Shown here: positions 46,333 to 59,098 of the stretch, in pieces | Layout: each line of letters opens with the position of its first letter | Position numbering within the stretch: position 1 is the first letter of the stretch | Assembly: GCF_009914755.1 (NCBI RefSeq) | Contig: NC_060939.1 | From: the human T2T-CHM13v2.0 reference genome, Homo sapiens | Strand: one strand, 5' to 3' | Length of the DNA stretch: 64,000 nt | Position numbers and translations under genes: made by a program | The notes under the pieces: model-generated | What the model saw: the letters and a program-made list of their open reading frames with translations, nothing else | What the model was told of the DNA's origin: nothing | Databases searched by the model: none

Positions 46333-47238
46333 ACTTTTAAAATCCTTGAAATTTTATGCGAAGTCCCAGGCTTTCATTTGTATGTCATTTAGATTTTTTT
46401 TTTCCCCTCTGTTTGTCCTGTTAGTGTCTCTTTGGGATCTCCACATCTATCAACGGATTGCTTGCATTGCTTTTAAAAACTGTTGTTTACAATGACATTC
46501 AACACTTGTAAAAGTTATTTGCTGCCAAGAGGAAACTAAATGCATTGTAATTAAATTTATTTCAGGCTTTGATTACTAAGAAGTGCAGAGATACATCATT
46601 CACTTGTGCTTAATTTAAAAAGTATTTTGGTCATAATACATAAATTAGTTACCTTTGTAGTTTGCTTATAACCCATAAGACACTCAACTGGATAAAAAGC
46701 TGCTGGCTACAAATAAGTAACCTTGTCATCACATGCTAAAGGTGGCTAATAGGTTTGTCCCTACTGCCAACTATAATCAACTTATTTTTAACATGTATAG
46801 TCACATTGTAATTGATGTCTGGAAACCTGGTTTCCTTTTTTCCTTTTTTTTTTTTTTTTTGTTAACTTTTATTTATAGACACATGCATATAATTTAAAAG
46901 TCAAATAGCCCAAAAAGACTTATAATGAAAAACATATTCCCCCAAATTCCATCCCACTCCCCAGAGGCAAGTGTCTTCTGGCATTTACCTTAATTTTTCT
47001 AGACAATGTGAATTATCCAGTTAGGATATTCCTTCTTGACTTCTTGTAAGGTAACTGGATTGAGCACTCCTATATCAACCACTCCCCCAGCTTCACTTTG
47101 GCACCCTAATCACCCCCATGTAGTTACAACTGAACTTTTAAATAGTTATTGTTTACATTATGACTATGGAAAAAATAGTTCACTACAGTTCTTTCATATG
47201 TTATCACATATATCACTTTCTAAACATTTCTATATATC

Positions 47239-47731
47239 TGTATTAGTCAGGGTTCTCCAGAGAAACAAAACCAATAGTATGCATATATAGAAATAGGTTC
47301 ATTATAAGGAACAGGCTCACATAGTTAGGGAGGCTGAGAAGTCCCAAGATCTACATTTGGCAAGTTGGAGACCCAGGAGAGTCGATGTTGTGTTCCAGTC
47401 TGAAAGCCTGAAGTCTTGAGACCCAGCCAATAATTCAGTTCAAGTCTGAAGGCAGGAAGAGACAAATTCCAACACAAGCAATCAGGCAGGAGGAGTTCCC
47501 TCTTACTTGAGGGAGGGTCAGCCTTTTTGTTCTATTCTGGCCTTAAGCTGATTGGATGATGCCCACCCACCTTGAGGAGGGCCGTCTGCTTTATTCAGTC
47601 TACTGATTCCAATGTTAATCTTGTCCAGAAACACCCTCAAAGACACACATATTATTACCAGAATAATGCTTGACCAAATATCTGGGCACCCTATGACCCA
47701 GTGAAGTTGACACATAAAATTAATCACTGCA
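47239..47731 (-). mobile_element. MLT2B solo LTR (ERVL)
   Basis: tgtattagtcagggttctccagaga...gttgacacataaaattaa; perfect 5-bp TSD ATATC (47234-38 and 47732-36). Confidence 0.92.
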
Positions 47732-48630
47732 ATATCTTTCTGACATCTATCCATTTTTCTGAGTACTCAAACACATAACCTACCATTTGCATTTTGCTTT
47801 TTCTTGGAGGCCTCCTACCCTTAGTCTTCCACCCTCCTACTCCAGTCTGGACTAGTTGTGTTCTAGGCTGGGAGCATAGCTAGCATCCTCTATTGTGGTG
47901 GCCCCTGTCTACCACATCCTGCTTTCTTGGTTACTGAAAGCACATCCTCTAATAGCTTCTCAAGAAAGGGTGCGAGGGAAGTATTGTTTTAGCTTCTGCA
48001 TATCTAAAATGTGTTGATTGCACCCTAGACTTGACATAATTAAACCAGTTTTGGAAATCAGTGTTGGAAATCATTTGTTTCTTAGAGTTCTGAAGGTATT
48101 CCACCATTGTCTTCCAGCATTCTGCTTGTGGTAAGACCAATGCCATCCTGATGCTCTTTGTTTTGTGTGTGATTGAATTTTGCCTCTGGATGCTTTTCAG
48201 GTCTTCGGTTGATTTCTGGCATTCCGGTACGTTGTGATGAGGTATCTCGGGGAGGGCCTTTGAATATCCATTGTCTCCTATGCATCCCTTTTGATGAACC
48301 CTTTCAAGGTAGAAACTCATGCTTGTGTAGTTTCTTCCAATATTTCTTTGATACTTTCCTTCTTTGTATATTCTCTGTTCTTTATTTCTGGAATGCTGTT
48401 TTGGACAGCATCTCAAATTTCCTTGTCTTTCCTATTTTCTGTTTTTATTTTTGGTTCTCCTTTCTGTGGTATTTGCTCGACTGTCTTCTAAATTCTCTGT
48501 TGAATTCTTTAATTTTTATGACCATGTAATTTCTAAGACCTTTCTAGTTTCTGATTATTTCCTTCACATAGCATTCTGTTCTTGTTTCATGGATGCACTA
48601 TCTTAACATACTTTAATTAACATTCTTTAA

Positions 48631-48943
<313 letters not shown>

Positions 48944-51149
48944 AAATATAACAGGACTTTTGAAGTTCTTTTTATTTTCCCTGCCTATCCCCTCACCTCC
49001 AAGTTCTTTTTGTGTTTGTGTTAACCCTGCCTTTCTTGTCAGGGGCTTTCCCCAGATGGCTGTCAGCTTTTAGAGTATATCCATATTGGACAGGTCGAAA
49101 GTTCTACGTGCATGTGCTGCAGATGCCCTGTGCCGTGCAGCTCAGCATGCATAGGTGGGGTAGTTGGTTGATGAGCTTTTCTTTAGGAGAACAGATTTTG
49201 AGCTATCTTTTTTTGTTGGAACCCTGCACACAACTGTCATTATGTAGATGGTTTTCCTCTCAGGTGGTTGGTTTTCTCCAGAGAAGAACCCTTGAATCTC
49301 CTGCCTGTGGAGGTGGACGTGTGGTTGGTGTTCTGGGTGCCCCTTGCCCTGAGCTCTGTTCTCCATGGTGCCTGTTTCCTGGGTCTGCAGCCCCTTCTCA
49401 GTTTCTCTGAAGAGTAAACCTCTCCCCTGCTTGGGGAGGAGCATGGGGGTTACGTAGTAGCCTGGCTGCATAACATGGGCTTAGTAGCTCAGTTTTCCAT
49501 CATGAACCAGAGCCTCATCTTTCATGGTTCCTGTGCCTCCGAGGGCTGGGCTACTGGGGTGTCTGTCAGTCCAGATGGCTTTGTTCTCAAGTTTCCTCCA
49601 CAGTGGATATGAATGTTTGCAACTTACACTCAATTACAACGCTTTCCTCTACTTTTCTCCAAGTTTGCTGAAATCTTTATTTGTGGATATCTCCTCTCTT
49701 TTTGCTTTGTCCTCATAGGTTAAAACGTTTTAAAATTCCCTAACAGTAGGAAATTTAGTAGGGTTTTGGAAGGGAGAGGAGGTGTAAGATGGTCACTCTT
49801 CCATGTTTAACTGGAAGTGGAAAGTCTAGGCTTTTGCTTCAGGCCTGGGAGGTGCACATGAAACAGTCCCTCCCAGTGGCTGCCTGGGGGGTCCCTGAAG
49901 GGTGTGAGACCACCGTGAATCCTGGGGCAGGGCACTTGCAGTACATGTGCTATGTGTTTGCTAGTATTGTTTTAGATGTTTGATCTCCTAGCCTTTGCTT
50001 TTCTTTGTATTTTTCCTGCTTTAGTCCATTTCCCTTCTAGCTCCTTCTGTTCTCATTTATCTTCTGCTGCTGCTTGGAGTTACATTTTCAGCAAGTCTGT
50101 AACACCTCTCTGAACCAAAGGCTCTCAAGTTCATCTTTCTTTCTCCAAGCCTACGCCTGTGCTGCTGTCATGAGTGGCGAGCTTCTGTTTCTTCTGTCTT
50201 CTTGTCAGTCCCAAGTGCCCTTTTACAGAGAATGCCTGTTTTTCACTGTCTAGCTCAGTTACCAGGAGTCCCTGTGAATGACACCCACAGGTCCCTCAAA
50301 GAAGTCAGATTTCTCTTGGACCTGATAAAGCAAACAAAATGTGACCCAAGCAGGCTGAGTTGGACGGGTCCCTTCTTACCTTCGCCCTCTGCCATGTTGA
50401 CATTCTTATCTGATGGCACAGGCTGGGAGTTCAGGATCCACTTAGATGGGGTCCGTTCAGGGGATACCAGCGTTCACATTTTTCCTTTTAAGAAAGGGTC
50501 TTGGCCTGAATGTTCCCCATCCGGACACAGGCTGCATGTCTCTGTGAGTGTCAAAGCTGCCATGACCATCTCGGTAACCTACTCTTACTCCACAATGTCT
50601 ATATTCACTGCAGGGCTCTATGATTAGTCCATAATGTAAATGCCTGGCCCAAGACGTATGGCCTGAGTTTATCCAAGGCCCAAACAATTACCAAACATTC
50701 CTCTTAGATAGAAGACAGATTTCTTTCCCTTGGCAAAGATCTTCTACTAAGATATGTTACAGGATGTTTTACATTCTCTTGGTCTTATAATAACACCACG
50801 CCCAATCCAGTATTTGATGCGTCGGTGGTCACTCGGAAGGTTGTTATTTTAAAAATACTTATTGTTCTCAGTCTGCAGTTCTCACAGCTGTAAAAAAAAA
50901 AAAAAAAAAAATACAGTCTTGTTTCCACCTTTCCAGAGTTTTATGGCACCTGGGAACTGGGATCAAGCTGGGACTGGGTCCAAGATTGGGGTGGGTGAGT
51001 GGCACTTGCGTCAGGGAATGTGAGTGCCCTGCAGGCTGGAAGGGATGCTCTGGTTGTAGCCTTAAGATAAACAGATTGGGCTGGACATCTGTGGTTTCAG
51101 ATTAGGCAGGAAGGAAATCATCTCCTACCTGGATTACTCAATATCTTCC

Positions 51150-51320
51150 TTACTGGTCCTGCAGTGATCCTGGGAGGGTGATATGATCGGCTTTGTTTAC
51201 AGATGGATGAACCAGATGAGTCCCTAGGAAGTGAAGTGACTGGCCCAGGATCACGATGAACTCTCAAGGCCAAGTTTGAACCCAGGCCTTCTGACTCCAA
51301 GCCTGTAGTCCTTTCACTGG
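51150..51320. mobile_element. MIR
   Basis: tttacagatgga...gaagtgactggcccaggatcac...tttgaacccaggccttctgactccaa. Confidence 0.75.
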
Positions 51321-51601
51321 CCTACAGCTGCTTCCTGAGCCCCTTTCCTGGTTCAGTCAGGCAAAACAAACCAGCTTCCTGCGAGTTAAGGGGGAAAAGG
51401 GTTTAATGGGGACTGACTCATTGAGATTGGCAGTCCCCTTTGGTTAATTTCATCAGGTCATCTCCTAGCGTTCCATTTCCTTTTGTGGAGACACAGATCA
51501 GAGGCAATCTGGCTCTGTATGAACTCACTTTGTGACTCTGGGTGAATCATTTCCCTCTCTGGGTTTCAGGTTCCTCATTGCACAGTAAGTATATTGGAAT
51601 T

Positions 51602-52400
51602 CAGTGGTTCTCAAATCTGCTGGAACGTCAGAATCACCTGGGGACATTTTCTTTAAAAAAAAAAAGCCAGCTCTATTGAGTCACATTTTACAATCAATGA
51701 TTTTTAGTAAGTTTACCAAGTTGTGCAACTATCAGCATAAATCAGTATTAGAACATTTTTATCATGTCAGTAATATCCCCATCCACTCCCACTCCCTGCC
51801 CTAGGCAACAAGTAAGCTATGTACTTTCTGCCCCTGTAGATTTACCTTTTCTGGATGTTTCACATAAATAGAATCATGCACTGTGTGGTCTCTTGCATCT
51901 GGCTTCTGTTACTTAATATAACATACTTGAGGTTCATTAATACTGTAGCATGTATTGATAGCCTATTCCTTTCTATTGCTCAATAATATGGCAATTGTAT
52001 GATATGTCACATGTTATTTATCTACTTATCAGTTGATGGATATTTGATCCAGTTGATGAGTCATGAATGATGCTGCTTAGAACATTCATGGACACATTTT
52101 TGTGAGGGCATATGTTTTCATTTCTCTTGCGTATATACCTAGAAGTGGAATTACTGGGTCAAATGGTAACTCTTATGTGTAACTTTTCAGGAAATAGCCA
52201 AACTGTTTCCCAAAGTGTCTGTACCATTTTACATTCCCATCAACAATAGATAAGGGTTACCCTCTGGAGAGCTTTTTAAAAATTGTCATTTCTGTGCCCT
52301 ACCCACCTGAGGTCTGGCACGGGGCCCAGGAATCTGCATTTTATGAGCTCCCCAGGTAATTCAGATACATCTGGTTCGTGGATATGTGTTTCGGCCCACT
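51602..52400. mobile_element. MER5A split by an old L1M 3' fragment (~51665-52260, minus strand)
   Basis: cagtggttctcaaa..cagaatcacctggg, then L1M text (tttacattcccatcaacaat), then gggcccaggaatctgcatttt..ctccccaggtaattc. Confidence 0.7.
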
Positions 52401-52764
52401 AAGACCGGATGACCTCTGAAGCCTCCCTAAGGCCTGTTGTCTCTATTAGTCTGTGCCTCTCGGGCAAGACGCACCTTCCTGCCAAGTCTCTCTGGGTGTT
52501 TGTCTTTGGATCAGAGAATCAGTACGCAGAGCAGGGCTGAGGGAGTTGGCCAAGCAGCGTGCATAACTCTGCGCAGCACCTGTCCTGCATTATCCTCCAC
52601 ACTGGCCAAGGCTTTGTGTCCCTGGCTTCATGGACATAAAATTTTATCACAGGTTTTTATGTGTTATCACATTGTAAAAGTGCCATAAAATCAAGGGTCC
52701 AGTTTTCAGTGCATCTGAAAACGTCGTATTCCTTTAAGTTATAATCTTGGTTGCAGTCATTTTG

Positions 52765-52930
52765 GTAACTTGTTGAGAAGCCTCATCCCGACCCTGCCAT
52801 TTATTAGCTATAACTAGATTTTTAATTGCTCCGAGCCTCTGTTTTCTCATCTGCAAAATGAGATTAATAACATCGACATCATGAAGTCTCTTGAAAGGAT
52901 TAAATGAGATAACCTGTGAAATGCTACTGT
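52765..52930. mobile_element. MIR
   Basis: gagcctctgttttctcatctgcaaaatgag...aggattaaatgagataa. Confidence 0.75.
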
Positions 52931-53280
52931 AATGGACCTCAGTGCTCTTTTCTTTCTTTTGGCTGTTTCTGCCCCATCCCTGCTTCCATTATTATACATC
53001 TTTTCATGAGCTTATTGCCCATTTATATGTCTTCTATTGTTTTTAATGAGGTGAAATTCACATAGCATAATATTAACCCATTTCCTTCACATCCTTGTTA
53101 TTTATTTTTTTTTAATTATATCCATCCTAGTAGTGGGTGTGAAGTGGTATTCATTGTGGTTCTGATTTGCATTTCTTGAATGGCTAATGATGTTGAGCTT
53201 CTTTTCATGTTTTTGTGTGCTTATTGGCCATTCATATATCTTATTTGCAGAAAAATATTTATTCAAGTCCTTTGCTCTCC

Positions 53281-53611
<331 letters not shown>

Positions 53612-53623
53612 TTTTCCTCCTCC

Positions 53624-53750
53624 TTTTTAAAGACAGTAGGGTGGTCTCACTATGTTGCCCAGGCTGGATTCCACCTTCTGGACTTAAGCAATCCTTCCAC
53701 CTCAGCCTCTCAAGTAGCTGGGACTACAGCTGCACACGACTGCACCCTGC
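53624..53750 (-). mobile_element. FLAM/AluJ monomer
   Basis: ggtctcactatgttgcccaggctgg...agcaatcc...cctcagcctc..aagtagctgggactaca. Confidence 0.75.
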
Positions 53751-54585
53751 TCTTTTGCCTATTTTTAAATTGGGTTGTATGTCTTTTTGTTGTTCAGTTT
53801 TGAGAGTTTTTTTGTGTGTTCTGGATACTGGAACCTTATCAGATATATAATTTGCAAACATTTTCCCATTCTGCCATTTGTCTTTTCACTTTCTTGATAG
53901 TCCTTTGATGCACAAAAATTTTTATTTTGATGGTTTATCTGTTTTTTTCCTTTCGTTGCTCATATTTTTGGTGTCGTATCTAAGAATTCATTGCCCAAAT
54001 CTAAGGATGTAAAGATTTACCCTTGTGTTTTCTTCTAAGAGTTTTATAATTTTAGCACTTAAATTTAGGTCTTTGATTCATTTTGAGTTAATTTTTGTAT
54101 ATGGTGTAAGGTAGGGTTCTAACTTCATTTTTTGGAGGGCCTATTCAGTTGTCCCAGCATGATTTGTTGAAGGGACTATGTCCCTTTGAATGGTCTTGGT
54201 ACCTTTATCCAAAATCAACTGATCATAGATACAAGGATTTCTCTGGACTCTCAATTCTATTTCATTAATCTATATGTCTGACCTTACAATAACACCACAC
54301 TGTCTTCATTACTGTAGCTTTGTAGCACATTTTATATCAGGAAATGTAAGTCTTCCAACTTTGTTCTTCTTTTTAAAGGCCTCCTTCTGTTATTAACCAG
54401 CCATCCCACTGTTATTTTGCTACTAGACCGGGGTATCAGCTATGTATACTGTAAAATTAGCTATACATATCTGGTGTCTCTATTCTTTTTCCACCAGATG
54501 AGGCTTTATTTCTTCTCTTCTAGTCCCCCCTTAGATATTTCCCTCCTTCTGTGAGACTGAGACTGACCCCTGGATATGTGCTGAC

Positions 54586-54946
<361 letters not shown>

Positions 54947-55387
54947 TGAGTCCCTGGTACACCCTCAGCACCTGCCCGGTGATCTCAGGTTCTGCCCTGT
55001 TATTTCATGAGTCTCTAGTCTGAGTCGCCTTTATCTTACTGAGTTGGACAGGAGGAACAATAACCACATAGCAGAATGACCATTAAAAGAGGCGGGAATG
55101 AGGTAACATGACTGTTGATGGTACTCATCTAAATGTTTTAATATATTTTGAAGTTTTAAAACTTAAGCCATTTGCAGTTTTAGTTTAAAATTCTTGGTTT
55201 CTTCATAGCAGCAAGTTAAGAATTGTGGATGCTTCGATATTCAACTATTTACACTGTTTAGAGAAGAAGCTGTGCTAGGAGAAAGGGGAGAAAGGAAGAC
55301 CACTGGAGGCAGCCACTCCTCTGTTCTGGGTATTTCACCTCTGCTCTGAAACTTGCAGGCTGCATTGAGCAAAAGAAAAACAATGTG

Positions 55388-55815
55388 CTTTGTGACAGCA
55401 TGCGTGAATGTAGAGGACTTTATGCTAAGTGAAATAAGCCAGGCAGAAGAAGACAAATACTGCATTATCTCACTTGTATGTGAAATCTAAAGAGTTCAGT
55501 TCATAGAAGCAGAGAGTAGAATGGTGGCTATAATGGGGAAGAGGGAGCTGTTAGTCAAAGGGTACAAAGTTTCAGTTAGAAGGAATAAGTTCTAGTGATC
55601 TATTGCACAGCATCATGACTACAGTTAATAACATATATTTCAAAATTACTAAAAGAGTAGACTTCAATTGTCCTTATCACTAAGAAATGATAAGTATCTT
55701 AGGTGATGGGTATGTTAATTTGCCTGATTTAATCATTTTGCAATGTATACATGTGCCATAACACATATTGTACCCCATAAAATTCATACATTTCTTATTT
55801 GTCAATTAAAAATAA
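55388..55815 (+). mobile_element. L1MA-like 3' end
   Basis: tatgctaagtgaaataagccaggca...gtacaaagtttcagttaga...gtgatctattgcacagca...ttgtcaattaaaaata. Confidence 0.85.
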
Positions 55816-55819
55816 CATT

Positions 55820-55940
55820 GGGCTGGGCGTGATAGCTCACACTTGTAATCCCAGCAATTTGGGAGGCCCAGGCAGGATTGTTTGAGGCCAGGAGTTTCAG
55901 AACAGCCTGGGCATCATAATGAGACCCTGTCTCTACCAAA

Positions 55941-55971
<31 letters not shown>

Positions 55972-56148
55972 TTAGCCATGGGTGGTGGCAGGCATCTGTG
56001 GTCCCAGTGACCCAGGAGGCTGAGGTGGGAGAACTGCTTGAGCTCAGGGTTTTGAGACTGCAGTAAGCTATGACTGCGCCACTGACTCCAGTGTGGCAAC
56101 AGAGCAAGACCTTGTCTCTTAAAAAAATAAAATAAATTTAAATATAAA
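55820..56148 (+). mobile_element. AluJ with (TA)n in the middle linker
   Basis: GGATTGTTTGAGGCCAGGAG; A10(TA)n linker. Confidence 0.9.
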
Positions 56149-57300
56149 ATTAGTTTTTTAAAAAAGAACAGTTTAGCAACCACACCCCTTCACCAAGAAA
56201 CAAAAAAATAATGTGTTTAAGGGGAAGAAAGCAGAAAGCATTTTGATGAACCTCTCCTGTCACTCAGGCATACCTCTGTGGTTGTCATGACCAAAGGCCC
56301 CCTTATCAGAGGACTTGAAACCATTTACAGAGCCCTCCTTGGAAGGAGTTCTGGAAAATAGTAGTTTCTCTTCTGGTTAGGTTTTCTTAACGTTCAGGGG
56401 CTTTCAAAGCCACATAGGGACAGCTGGGAACTTGAGATAGTTTGATTGCTGATTGTGAAGGATTGGCTTGGTTGATGTTTTTGGATCAAATGCTGTATTT
56501 ATAGAAGTTTCTCATCACTTTTCTCACTAAATTCCTCAGCACATATTCTAGGCAGGGTTCAGCTTTTTAAACTCTTATCAATCCCCCTCAAAATTATCCA
56601 TGAAGATGCTGTAGTATAAGAGTAAAAACTATAGTAAAAATCTAGAATGTATAATGTGTTCTTTTTGATTGCATTGTCTAGTTTAAACTCTCAGTGAAAT
56701 GTCTGGCAGGAGAACACTATATGAGAACTCGATTAAGTTCCAGATTAAGAAATTACAAGCAAGATAAATAAATGCATTGTGCTGGCAAGTTCTAATAGAG
56801 CATCAAAGTGACTTTGATAAACCTCTTCCTGAGGAACCAACTCCCAGCTTCTGAAATCACAGCCAGGGGAATCTTTTTGCTGAGATTTTATCGTTGTCCA
56901 AAGGAATATGGGTTTAATTAGATAATTTTCTTTTAGGACACAAGAATTTGCTAAAGTAGGTGTTGTCTGGACAGGTCCTGTTTTATTTAAAATAATCTGG
57001 GCCTTTGCTGCAGGACAAGGGAAATTTCTCTGCCCTAAGATTATTTTCTAATTGCCTAAAATTTTTCTTTCATTACAGGTTGGAGGGTTTTTCTGTTGTT
57101 GTTTGTTGTTCAGCAGAAATAGAGACTAAAAGCAAGAGAAAAAAATCAGCTCCAGTTTCACCACTCAGAAATAACTTCCATTAATATTTTGTTCTACACA
57201 TTATTTAATTTTTTAACAAAACCTATGTATATAATGTTGCTTAATCTGTCCTTCTGCATTTAACAATATGTTGTAAACAGCTTTTAGGCCAACAAAGACC

Positions 57301-57346
57301 TGATTTTTCACATAATTTTTCACATGATTTTTCCGTGATTTTTCAC
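57301..57346. repeat. ~12-bp tandem repeat x4 (TGATTTTTCACA)
   Basis: tgatttttcaca taatttttcaca tgatttttccg tgatttttcac. Confidence 0.85.
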
Positions 57347-59035
57347 GGCTCCAAGTATCTCATTTATATTTATCATAATATATTTTATTATTTTATTAGC
57401 ATATTGCTATTTAAAACAATGTGACTATCTTTGAACATATACCGTTGTGTGTTGGGGATAATCATTCTTTCCATCTTTGCTGTTCTATTGGGTAAAAAAT
57501 GAGATCTCTTCTGTAATATGTGTTAATATCTGCAAGGCCTAGTTCCCCTCTAGCACTCTGCCTTTGCCAAGATTCTCCTAGCTGTTCTGGGCTGTCCTTT
57601 CTCCAGATGAACGTAAATTGATGCTTCTGTTTTCTTTTGAGAAATAATTTATTTTTAAAAAATAATTTTCTCTGGGCTACCTGGAGACCTCCTCCGGTAA
57701 TATGAGATTTGAGTTACAATGCAGAGTTTCGAAGTTGAGTGTGTGCTTAGTTATACTTATATCCTGCCTGGATACCTCAAGGGAGATATCCTCTCTTCTG
57801 GCCAGTGGAACTTGTAGGGAGCAGAGGAAGCATCACTCAGTCTTTGCAGTGCATGATGTTAGATGGGATGCCTTTTGAGCGAGCCCTTTAGTGTGGGGGG
57901 CTCCTGGGGGACTGAACTCCACTGCCTGATGCCCACACTGGTCCACCACAGCAACTTCAGGGCCTTCTGATTTTTTGGTCAGACTAGGTCTGCCTGTGGG
58001 AGCAAGCTTAGGGTTGGTTTATTTTGGGATCTATTTCTAGAGACTGAGGTTTGAAGTAGCATGCTCAAACCCAGAAACGCATTCCACATGTAAGAGGTGA
58101 GCTGCCAAGTGTCGTTGTGAGTCTCCTTTCCCTGGCAGCGTTTTCCATCCTTGTTTGATCAGATTCCATGGGCTTGGGGCTAGACAGACAGCTTCTCATC
58201 CCAGGTTGGAGAGCACACCAGAGGTGGCGGAAGGGTAGGGGTAGGCAGAGCAAGGCTGAGACCCAAATAGAGAAGACCAGGTCTGATAAGCCCACCAGGG
58301 AAGGCCAGGAGATCACCAGAACCAAAGGGGCTGATGCAGGCACTGAGCCAGAACACACAGCTGGAAATGGCTGAATCAGGGACACAGCAGAGCAGCAGCA
58401 GGTCCCATCCCACAGGGAGGCTCTGGGTTGCTGCTCAGAGCCGGCCCCATTTCTGCCTTGATGCATGAGATGTGGCCACACCAGCTGCAAAAGAACCTCC
58501 TCACATCCACTTACTTTGATTTTTCCAAGTGGAATGGTTTTGTTGGGTGGGAGTGGGGGTGGGGTGCTGGGGGCAGTGAGCAAGGGAAGCAGGCAATGCA
58601 GATTTTTGGATCTGTATCCAAACATGCTCCTGCCCATGCTTAGCCCAGTGGGTGCTTCTCTTCCTGGGGCCAGCAGGAAGTCCGCTTGGCTGGTGGGGCA
58701 GTGGCATGTCATGATCTGTCACCCTGCTTCAGCTGATAGAGATTATCAGCTGGAGAACTGAATGGTACACACCTTCCCCCTTCTTCCAACACCATGGCCC
58801 CCAAGATGCTGCACCTGCCGCCGCCTCATTTAGCCCTACAACCCCCTGCCACTCAACATTATGCAGAGGGCCCAGGAGGGTCTTGCAGTCATCTACATAC
58901 TTCCCTGCGAGTTCTTGGTTTGGTCCCTAGAAATGGCAGCCTGCATGTGGAGAAGGCTGCATGCAGCCTCAGGCCTGCCCACCCGATACGAGGTCTGCAT
59001 GTATGAGTTGTGTGCATCACATAGCTCCTCACCAT

Positions 59036-59098
59036 GCTTTCCTACCCAGGAGGATAAGCTTTCCTACCCAGGAGGATAAGCTTTCCTACCCAGGAGGA
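59036..59098. repeat. Perfect 22-bp tandem repeat x2.9
   Basis: GCTTTCCTACCCAGGAGGATAA starting at 59036, 59058 and 59080. Confidence 0.97.

Noticed and set aside
58065-58712. 215-aa minus-strand ORF
   Set aside because: No recognisable domain; overlapping ORFs in other frames are typical of GC-richer non-coding DNA
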